DNA from: Desulfosoma sp. | Lineage (GTDB): Bacteria; Desulfobacterota; Syntrophobacteria; Syntrophobacterales; DSM-9756 | Length of the DNA stretch: 36,545 nt | Assembly: GCA_037481835.1 (NCBI GenBank) | Contig: JBBFKW010000020.1 | Coordinates: forward strand, 10,985 to 47,529 | Direction: 5' to 3' | Part shown: in pieces, positions 9,501 through 17,105 of the stretch | How the letters are laid out: each line of letters starts with the position of its first letter | How positions within the stretch are numbered: the first letter of the stretch is position 1 | Notes under the pieces: generated by a model | What the model was told of the DNA's origin: nothing | What the model saw: the letters and a program-made list of their open reading frames with translations, nothing else | Database searches by the model: none | Position numbers and translations under genes: made by a program

Positions 9501-10334
9501 ATGGCACCGAAGACCTATCGCAAGATTCTCGGGAAAATCGCCTTGGAAGGGGTCATGGAATGCCTGAGCGGGCTGCACATCGGGGCCTCCAAGGAAAACC
9601 TGGAGATCGGGTCCCTGGACAGTCCCGTAGTGCGGGATCCCATCACGTCCGAACCCTACGTGCCGGGCAGCTCACTGAAAGGGAAACTCCGAGCCCTCTT
9701 GGAAAAGGCCCATCCCGAACTCCTCCCCAACCGGGACGGCGGCAGCGGCATCAGCCGCCATGAATGCAACGACTGGGAGCCCGGGAAAGGCCGCAACAAG
9801 AACTACAATGCGGATTTGCCCTACCCCGGGGCGCTGTACTGCCCCGTCTGCCGTTTGTTCGGCTCCACGGGACCGGGGGAAGGCCAAAATTTCCCGGCCC
9901 GACTGAAGGTGCGTGACATGCGCCTTACGGCCGAAAGCTTGGAAGAACTCAAAAAGATCGACACGGGACTTCTCTATACCGAATGGAAGTTTGAAAACGG
10001 CATCGACCGGATCACATCGGCGGCCAACCCGAGGAACCTGGAACGGGTGCCTCGCGGCACCAAGTTCGATTTCTCCCTGGTCTACGATGTGGAGGACTTG
10101 GAGACCCTGAGCGAAGACCTTCGCAACCTGCAGCTCGCCCTGGCCTTGCTCCAGGACGATGCCCTGGGGGGCCACGGATCGCGCGGATACGGCCATGTGC
10201 GCTTTGAGTTCACCAAGATCGAAGCCCGCAAGGTCGATTACTACCGAGGTGAACCCGGTCAGTCCACCGCCGTTCCCGGCCTGGAGAAGTTGGCCGAGCT
10301 GGCTGGGTTCTTCAACGGCCGAGGGGGCGCTTAA
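9501..10334 (+). CDS. csm3: Csm3 (Cas7-group RNase)
   Basis: GLHIG...IGSLDSPVVRDP (catalytic Asp present), PYVPGSSLKGK, ENGIDR, LGGHGSRGYG. Confidence 0.97.
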   Translation: MAPKTYRKILGKIALEGVMECLSGLHIGASKENLEIGSLDSPVVRDPITSEPYVPGSSLKGKLRALLEKAHPELLPNRDGGSGISRHECNDWEPGKGRNKNYNADLPYPGALYCPVCRLFGSTGPGEGQNFPARLKVRDMRLTAESLEELKKIDTGLLYTEWKFENGIDRITSAANPRNLERVPRGTKFDFSLVYDVEDLETLSEDLRNLQLALALLQDDALGGHGSRGYGHVRFEFTKIEARKVDYYRGEPGQSTAVPGLEKLAELAGFFNGRGGA

Positions 10335-10349
10335 CACGGAGAAGGGTCA

Positions 10350-11372
10350 ATGAAAACCTATCTCTATCATTTGGAATTTCCGGCCGGAGCCCACTTCGGG
10401 CGGCAGGGCATCGGGCTGGAAGAAACCGGGGAAACCGTTCCGTCGGATTCCCTCGTGTCGGGGATCGTCAATGCCTTCGCCCTCATGGGGGAGGCGGAGG
10501 AAGTCCTCCAGGCCTTGGCGTCACCCACCCCGCCCTTCGTGCTGAGTTCTCTCTTTCCCTTCGGCCCTGAAGGCGGCAAAGGCGGGCGCCGACTCTACGC
10601 CCTGCCCCGCCCTTTGACCTCGCCCCCCGTAAAGGACCCGGCCATCCTTCAGAGCGCCGGAAAGGACTTGAAAAAGATCCCATACCTCCAGCCTGGAGAC
10701 GCACTCCGCTGGCTCGACGGCACCCCTTTCAGCGCCGAGGCTCTGGAAGCGGTCCAAGAGCGGGCCCGCCGGCTCGCCCGCCCGTGGGACCCCGAATCGG
10801 AAGAAGGGTGGATGAGCTCCTCGCTTCGGCCGCGGGTGGCCTTGGATCGTAGCGCTCAAAACAGTGTCATCTGGTGGTGCGGCGAGGTCCACTTCAGTCC
10901 CGGAGCCGGCCTTTATGGTCTTGTGCGCTTTCGGGACGCTGCTTGGAAGAAGCGGGTCGAGGCGGCCTTCCGGCTCTTGGGGGATATGGGCCTTGGCGGG
11001 GAGAGAACCTACGGCCTGGGCACCTTCCGTTTCGGCGGCTTCGCGCCTGTGGAAGAAGCCTGGTCGGATGTGAAACGACCGGCAAAAGCCGCTCGGTATG
11101 TTCTCCTGTCGCGATACGCGCCCGCGCCTGAGGAGTTGGATCGGCTCCGGGACGTGCTCACCGCCTGGAATATGGAAGAGAGCCGAGGGTTTGTCGTCTC
11201 CGGCCGGCACGCCACAACGCTCAAGAGAAAGCGGGTGCGATTTCTCACGGAAGGCTCAGTGGCGACGACGCCCCTGGCGGGCCGCTTGGTGGATGTCACC
11301 CCGGAACACGGCCCCGCCTTGGGGCTTGCCCACCGCGTCTATCGCAGCGGCATGGGCTTTTGGTTTCCTTAA
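10350..11372 (+). CDS. csm4: Csm4 (Cas5-group)
   Basis: HFG, PSDSL, SSLFPF, RPRVALDR and GLGGERTYGLG motifs; operon position. Confidence 0.93.
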   Translation: MKTYLYHLEFPAGAHFGRQGIGLEETGETVPSDSLVSGIVNAFALMGEAEEVLQALASPTPPFVLSSLFPFGPEGGKGGRRLYALPRPLTSPPVKDPAILQSAGKDLKKIPYLQPGDALRWLDGTPFSAEALEAVQERARRLARPWDPESEEGWMSSSLRPRVALDRSAQNSVIWWCGEVHFSPGAGLYGLVRFRDAAWKKRVEAAFRLLGDMGLGGERTYGLGTFRFGGFAPVEEAWSDVKRPAKAARYVLLSRYAPAPEELDRLRDVLTAWNMEESRGFVVSGRHATTLKRKRVRFLTEGSVATTPLAGRLVDVTPEHGPALGLAHRVYRSGMGFWFP

Positions 11373-11393
11373 AGGGTTGTTTGGAGGCGTCTT

Positions 11394-13085
11394 ATGGTCA
11401 TCCAGGCGGTGCCATCCCATGGGGCGGAAAGACCATTGGAAAAAATGATCATCAATTTGACCGTCCTTTCTCCCATCCACATCGGGACGCGGGACGGCGC
11501 CCTGCTCCCCATGGAATTCCTCTTCGACGGGGAACAGGTCCACGTGGTGGACGAGGCCAAACTGGGCCGCTTCCTCATGCAAAGGAACCTCTTGGACGCC
11601 TTCGTCCAGCAGGCCTTCTCCGGGAACCTTCGCAGGCAAGGCCTGGGCGGTTTCCTCAAAGAAAGAGCTCGGGACACGGACTTCAAAAAGATCGGCCCGG
11701 CCGTGGCGGCCTATTCCGTCCCGGGAGGGGGTCCAGACATGTCGGATTTCCGGCCGCTTGTGCGAGACGGCTTCGGGAAGGTGTACCTTCCCGGCACCTC
11801 CATCAAGGGGGTTTTACGCACGGCTTTCCTCTACGCTGTTTTGAAGAATGAACCGGCCGGCTCGGGGCACGCACCGAAACCTTCTCGCCAGGCCCAGGTG
11901 AAGAGCTTGATCCAAAAACTCCGCGGTGAACCCAACAAGGAACGCGCTAAGAAATTCCTGTCGGCGCAGCTCCAAAAGGAGATCCTGCAAGAATGGAAAA
12001 TTCAAGGAGGCGGCCACGATCAGAACCGGGACATCCTTCGCTGCCTCAAGGTGCGGGACGCCTACCCCCTGAACGGCAAGGTCCAGACCCGGGTCATTCC
12101 CATCCGGTTTCTTTCCAAAAGGGCCGACGGGAGCCATTACTGGAGTCAAAGGCCCAGAGGTGGGGGAGACTTGGTCGTTTGGGTGGAGGCGGTGGTGAGC
12201 GGCACCTTTCAGACGGAAATCCTGTGGGATCACGACCTTTGGGAAAAGTTTTCAAAAGAAAACCCCGGGAAAAGGATTCCGGCGGCTTCCGCCAAAGGTG
12301 TTCTTCTTCTCGCCGATCGGATGAACCGGGACCTTTCGGCCCACGAAAAAGCCTTTTTCACCGAGAAAGGCATCCCTCAAGGCGGCCAGCTCAAAAGCTG
12401 GTACGATGCGCTGGGGTCATCCATTTTCCGCATCGGGTTCGGCTCGGGAATGCTTTCCACGACGGTGAACCTGCTCTGGAGCGAATCGCTGCGCCAGGAG
12501 ATCCGAAACATTTGCGGTCTGGACAGAGGAACGGACCCGGCGCCCAAGTCCCGAAGGGTCTGGGCGAGGAACGACCGGGAGTGCCTTCCCATGGGCTGGG
12601 CCCGCATCACAATCGCCGACGGTGCCGGAACGATGGAAGCGCCAACGAGGTCGGCTCCCTCCGGCGAGAGGCCCGCAAAGCCGGGGGACAGGGAAAAGCC
12701 TTCAGAAGCGTCCCAGGCCGGTCCAGGGCCGGCCCCGAGAAAGGAAGAGAGCCCGAGGGCTCCGTCGGCTCATACCGGCGCTCCGGTCAAAACGCCTTCC
12801 CCACCCCAAAAAATATCGATGCCGACGTCCGAGAAGCCGATGTCCGCGCCTTCCGGCCCCGCTGCGCCGGGCACACCCCCGTCCGGTTCCCTCGGCCTGG
12901 TCGATAAAGCCAAGGCCGTTCCCCTGACGGACAAGATCGCCATGGAGCGATTGTTCAAGGACATGGAGCGGGCCGAAGAAGAGCTGGCTCGAAAGGCGGC
13001 GGAAGTGTTGAAGGAACGCATGGAGCGGCAAAATCTCTGGAAGAAAACGCCGTATCGGGTCACCATTGAAGAGTTTCTCTGGTGA
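11394..13085 (+). CDS. csm5: Csm5 with long C-terminal extension (alternative start 11445)
   Basis: LSPIHIG, YLPGTSIKGVLRTA, RIGFGSG, PKSR and PMGW motifs, then a ~100-aa Pro/Ser/Ala-rich linker and a ~65-aa helical tail. Confidence 0.92.
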   Translation: MVIQAVPSHGAERPLEKMIINLTVLSPIHIGTRDGALLPMEFLFDGEQVHVVDEAKLGRFLMQRNLLDAFVQQAFSGNLRRQGLGGFLKERARDTDFKKIGPAVAAYSVPGGGPDMSDFRPLVRDGFGKVYLPGTSIKGVLRTAFLYAVLKNEPAGSGHAPKPSRQAQVKSLIQKLRGEPNKERAKKFLSAQLQKEILQEWKIQGGGHDQNRDILRCLKVRDAYPLNGKVQTRVIPIRFLSKRADGSHYWSQRPRGGGDLVVWVEAVVSGTFQTEILWDHDLWEKFSKENPGKRIPAASAKGVLLLADRMNRDLSAHEKAFFTEKGIPQGGQLKSWYDALGSSIFRIGFGSGMLSTTVNLLWSESLRQEIRNICGLDRGTDPAPKSRRVWARNDRECLPMGWARITIADGAGTMEAPTRSAPSGERPAKPGDREKPSEASQAGPGPAPRKEESPRAPSAHTGAPVKTPSPPQKISMPTSEKPMSAPSGPAAPGTPPSGSLGLVDKAKAVPLTDKIAMERLFKDMERAEEELARKAAEVLKERMERQNLWKKTPYRVTIEEFLW

Positions 13086-13222
13086 GTCCGCGCATGCGGC
13101 GGGGTCGTCCCCACGACCCCGCCCGCACGGGAAGGCCTCGATCCACCGTGAAGGCGGGCTTTACGCGGCCCGGCCGAGATAGACGAGCGGACTGTGCACG
13201 GGAGCGGGCTCACCTGCAATGG

Positions 13223-13849
13223 TCAAACAAGGAGAGAAAGGGCCAGGCGGGACCAGAGCTCCAAGGGGCGGGCCAAAACCTCATCCAAAGGTCGCCAGCA
13301 AAATCCCCCCAGTTCCTTTCCGGGGACCATGCCCTCCGGGGCGAGCACGTGGAGCCGGAAAACCAAACCCAGATGCACCTCGCCGACGGGGCTCCTCTCT
13401 TCGTTGATCACGCCGCAAAAAACGGGGCCGGCAAAGCCGGCCAGCCGTTCAAATTCCTCTGAAATTTCACGCATCATCCCGTGACGGACGGCGGCGTAGG
13501 GATTCCCGGAAAAGCCCCGGGCATCGCCTTCGGTCACGTGCCCGCCGATGCCCACGGATTCCAAACCGTGGAGCCTCGTCTCGCTTCCCTTGCGGCGATA
13601 ACACCCCACCGTGTTGTCCTTCGGGACCCAGGCCAACACATAAGGGATGATCTGTTTCCACTGCGGGTCCCGCTCCACCCGGGACCGGTCCAGGAAGGCA
13701 CACCCAGCCGCCTCCAGAACGGCGAAACACACTTTTTCGGGCATGCGCAAAGCCGCTTCCTCAGCACGCCATGGCTCGGGCAGGGCCGCCCGCGGCACAC
13801 ACAGCACCTTTTCCTCTTTCGTGTCGAACCGTTCTTTACAAGGATTCAT
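13223..13849 (-). CDS. NUDIX-superfamily phosphoesterase (YmaB/COG4112-like)
   Basis: E-x-DP-x-x-KQIIPYV, SVGIGGH, GMMREISEE (Nudix box) and GVINEE...VGEVHLGLV; start ATG 13849 overlaps the end of csx20. Confidence 0.8.
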   Translation of the reverse strand: MNPCKERFDTKEEKVLCVPRAALPEPWRAEEAALRMPEKVCFAVLEAAGCAFLDRSRVERDPQWKQIIPYVLAWVPKDNTVGCYRRKGSETRLHGLESVGIGGHVTEGDARGFSGNPYAAVRHGMMREISEEFERLAGFAGPVFCGVINEERSPVGEVHLGLVFRLHVLAPEGMVPGKELGGFCWRPLDEVLARPLELWSRLALSLLV

Positions 13850-14255
13850 GGGGCTCCTTCCTCGGGGTTTCGTAACGGCGAAAGCGCACGTGGCGGAACA
13901 CGCGCTTTTGGAGCACACTGCCGTCCGGCTGCACCGTTTCTTCGAGGAGGCGCTCCGTTGTGGCGTAGACAGGCACGAGCCCTTTGGAAAGAGCCCATGA
14001 GACGGTTAAAAAGGTGGCCCCGTAGTCTCCCTGCACAAGGATCACATCCCCCGGGGCCGCTTGACCCTCAACCCATTCCAGAACCGGTTGAACCCACTCG
14101 CCAATGGATGGGGTATCGGGCGGGACGTTCCCCCAGAGTTTTTTCAAAGCCTCCGGCATGGGCCGCATCAGGGGGGCGCGCCAGTCCTGGGCCAACTCCT
14201 TCTCCTGAGCCGGGCTCAAAGCATGGGAAAGAAGAAGAAAGGCGCGGTGCATCAT
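13836..14255 (-). CDS. csx20: CRISPR-associated protein Csx20 (ring-nuclease family)
   Basis: 139 aa; SH-x-L...Q, WGNVPP, GDVILVQGDYGAT, VYATTER and FRHVRFRRY; ATGA overlap with the csx1 stop. Confidence 0.85.
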   Translation of the reverse strand: MMHRAFLLLSHALSPAQEKELAQDWRAPLMRPMPEALKKLWGNVPPDTPSIGEWVQPVLEWVEGQAAPGDVILVQGDYGATFLTVSWALSKGLVPVYATTERLLEETVQPDGSVLQKRVFRHVRFRRYETPRKEPHESL

Positions 14256-15616
14256 CGGTCCCCTTCCCCGCCGTGGCGATGCCCATGAGCCCAGGGCGCA
14301 CATCCTTCGGCCCTGTAGGCCTCCCACGCCGTCCGAAGCGACGTCAGCCCTCCTTTCCGGAGGAAATCCACCAGGCTTTCCGCGGACGCCGTGTCTTTCT
14401 TCCAGCCGCCGTGGAGGAGGTCGTTTCGTCTGTCTCGAATCTTTTCAAATTCTTGAGCGAGCTTCTTGATGGACTCGCCCCCTTGGCTGATCACGCGCTG
14501 GGCTTCTTCCCGCCTTTCCCGCACAAGGCCCTCCCATTGGTCCATAGATTTTTTCGTCGCCACAACATGAAGAAGGCCGCTCCAAAACCCTTCCCGTGTC
14601 GCTTCATCCAAGGGATCGTGCCCCCAGCATCGACACAAGCCGCTCAAAACCGTCTCCCGGGCAATGGCGTACGCCTGGAAGATGAGTTCATGTTCCAGAC
14701 ACCACGCCGCCGCTTCAAACCCCTTGGCTTCCGGATCGGGTGTTTCGAACCGTTGGAGTTTGTCCCTGAGGAGTTCAAAAAGGGGAGTCAGAGGGGCGAT
14801 GAGATCCTGATCCTCCACCTCGGTGATTTCCTCACCAAGGCCTTTGGCCTTGGCGAGTTTCGGCCCTCGGACTGCAGCCAGATCCTGGCACAGTGTCTCC
14901 AGGGCCTTCGCGAAACGGGACAGCCGCTCGGCCACGGGATTGGCGCTTCGACTCTCTTTGTGTGCGAGAATGGGCCCCACATTCCTGGAAACGAGCCTTT
15001 TGATTTCCTGCGGCCGGCCCGCTTTCCGAAAAATATCGACGGCTCTGGCCCAATCGAGAAGGGCGTCGTAGGGGGTGAGGTCGAAGACCGGGGCGAGCCG
15101 TTCTTCCAGCGGCATGTGCTGGACCTCTGCGGCCGTTCCCAGGGTTTCGAAAGCGCCGTAAACGATGCGCTCGACCTGTATGTTTTTGAGCACCTTGGCA
15201 TAATTGACGATGACGGTCTGGAGAAGGGGAAGGGACCGAAAGGAATGGGTGATATCTAGAAAGACCTGGTCGCCGGGGCGAAGTTGTTCGATGAGGATCA
15301 TGAAGATGTCCATCATCTCTCTTTCGTTGCGCCCGTCGGGGATGGGCACCATGGTGCACGGCGCCCGAAGGCCCAGGGCATCGATCCGCGAGCACAAACC
15401 CCGCTCGAAGTTTCCGCCGTCAAGCCAGTTTTTTTCCTTCGCCTTCTCGGTGCAGAAGATGAGAACGCGGTCTTCCTCGCCCCACTCCTTGCAAAAGTGC
15501 GCCAAGAGCGCTTCCTGCACGAAGGGGACGGCCTCTTCCGATTTTGTGCCCTCAATGACGTAATGCGATGGATGATATTTGTTCGTGCCCAGGGGACTCA
15601 TGAAAACCCTGCCCAT
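14252..15616 (-). CDS. csx1: Csx1-family CARF-HEPN cOA-activated RNase (TM1812/TIGR02221-like)
   Basis: N-terminal S-x-LG...Y, DITHSFRSLP (DxTHG-type CARF motif), YGAFE and C-terminal RNDLLH (HEPN RxxxxH); GGAGG RBS. Confidence 0.92.
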   Translation of the reverse strand: MGRVFMSPLGTNKYHPSHYVIEGTKSEEAVPFVQEALLAHFCKEWGEEDRVLIFCTEKAKEKNWLDGGNFERGLCSRIDALGLRAPCTMVPIPDGRNEREMMDIFMILIEQLRPGDQVFLDITHSFRSLPLLQTVIVNYAKVLKNIQVERIVYGAFETLGTAAEVQHMPLEERLAPVFDLTPYDALLDWARAVDIFRKAGRPQEIKRLVSRNVGPILAHKESRSANPVAERLSRFAKALETLCQDLAAVRGPKLAKAKGLGEEITEVEDQDLIAPLTPLFELLRDKLQRFETPDPEAKGFEAAAWCLEHELIFQAYAIARETVLSGLCRCWGHDPLDEATREGFWSGLLHVVATKKSMDQWEGLVRERREEAQRVISQGGESIKKLAQEFEKIRDRRNDLLHGGWKKDTASAESLVDFLRKGGLTSLRTAWEAYRAEGCAPWAHGHRHGGEGDR

Positions 15617-15724
15617 GGAAACCTCCTTCCGCCGTGTGCCGCAGCTCGCCCATGCGGCACACCTTATACCGGGAAGACCATGACACCGTCAAAACCCAAC
15701 CCACCCCACCCGTTCTGATGGGCT

Positions 15725-15753
15725 TCTACGGCACTGAAGAGCGGTTTTGCAAA
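15725..15753 (-). promoter_or_regulatory. Putative alternative-sigma promoter, copy 3 (csx1-csx20-NUDIX operon)
   Basis: Minus strand TTTGCAAA-accgctcttcagt-GCCGTAGA, about 109 bp before csx1. Confidence 0.7.
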
Positions 15754-15888
15754 AAAGCCTTCTTCGACCTTCAGCCAAAGGCCGGCCAAACCTCATGGTT
15801 TGTATTGTCAATCTTTGCAAATTTTGCTTCTATGCCGAGGTATTCCTTGGGCTTCGGTGCGCGGCGCTCCACACACGGCGGCGGATCC

Positions 15889-16959
15889 ATGACGTGGGAC
15901 CAATGGCTCCATTCGGAATCCTGCAACCAGGTTTTGCTTCGCTCAGCGGCTAAGGTGGTGGATAAGGCTCGGGGATACGGGCTGCCATGCCGCATCCTTT
16001 TCCCTTCGGCCCCCGAAGCTTCCGCGGGGTCCGGCGTATCCGCCGGGTGCTTTGAGGACTTGGCCCATGACTTATGGCTTTTCGTGAATGATCATGCCGT
16101 GAACTGGGAAAAGTCCCGTCCCTTTGACATCCTGCTGGCTCAGGGAACGGATCGTATCGCTGAGCACATCGCCTCCTCCTACACGCGCACCCTCCTGGAT
16201 CGGGTGAGAACTCAAGAAGTCGATCCCCAAAAGGCCTTTTACCGGCGGCTTCGTCAGGTGATCGCCAAAGACCCCCGGTTTCTGTACCGTGCGCAAAAAA
16301 GAGCGACTTTTTACGCCTGCGCCGAGGGAGCACAGCCTGATCCTTCGGCTCCAATGAACGCACCTCCTGCAGACTATGCCCAATGGCCCGATCCCCCGTC
16401 CATCCCCCGTAAGTCGGCCCCTCCCGATGCCCGAACGCTTGGAGACATGGCGCTTTTTTTCTGCCGTGAATATCAAAAACGCATGGGAGGCCCCGTCTGG
16501 GTGCCCGTCCGAGAACTCACTCGATATCTCGCACCGCTGTTAAAGATCCCGAGAGCCGTGCGGCTTGAACCGCTCGAGAGGCCTTCGTCCGAGCACGATG
16601 ACGAACTGGGCAAAGACCCAACGCAGGTGGCTCCGACGCAGGAAACGGCGCTGACACGGATACGGTTGTTCGAGCTGGCTCGGAGCGCCACGGCCTCGTG
16701 GAGCCCCCGGGAGAAGAAGGCCTTTGCCCTCCGCTGGGGCGATGAAGAAAACCTGGAACGGATCGCCCAGGCCCTGGGATACGGCGGGCCCTCAGGCGCC
16801 CGATATTTGCTGGAAGGGCTTCGGCAGCGCCTGCTGGATTTTTGTCTGCTCTGGCCGGGCCTATCCCCGCCCGACCTGGACGAGACCCTTTTTAAGGAGT
16901 TGTTTGAGGCTTTGGTGAGCGTTTGTAAAGAAGAGGGCGAAGGCCGTAGAGAAGGGTGA
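15889..16959 (+). CDS. Atypical ECF/sigma-70-like factor (start uncertain, 15889 preferred)
   Basis: Region-2-like EDLAHDLWLF...TRTLLDRVR and region-4-like WSPREKKAFALRWGDEENLERIAQALG HTH, separated by a long insertion; precedes an anti-sigma-like gene. Confidence 0.7.
   Translation: MTWDQWLHSESCNQVLLRSAAKVVDKARGYGLPCRILFPSAPEASAGSGVSAGCFEDLAHDLWLFVNDHAVNWEKSRPFDILLAQGTDRIAEHIASSYTRTLLDRVRTQEVDPQKAFYRRLRQVIAKDPRFLYRAQKRATFYACAEGAQPDPSAPMNAPPADYAQWPDPPSIPRKSAPPDARTLGDMALFFCREYQKRMGGPVWVPVRELTRYLAPLLKIPRAVRLEPLERPSSEHDDELGKDPTQVAPTQETALTRIRLFELARSATASWSPREKKAFALRWGDEENLERIAQALGYGGPSGARYLLEGLRQRLLDFCLLWPGLSPPDLDETLFKELFEALVSVCKEEGEGRREG
16922..16950 (+). promoter_or_regulatory. Putative alternative-sigma promoter, copy 4 (anti-sigma + protease)
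   Basis: TTTGTAAA-gaagagggcgaag-GCCGTAGA inside the last codons of the sigma gene, about 155 bp before GTG 17106. Confidence 0.7.
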
Positions 16960-17105
16960 GAAATCGAAAGAGCCCTCTCAGCCTTTACACTCGAAGCCGC
17001 ACGGGGAAGATCTCACCGACGGCACCTGCGCCACGGGGGCTCCCCGCACGGAAGCGTCACAAGGACGGCACCGGCTCGACGTTCTTTTGGGAAAGGCGGT
17101 AAGGC

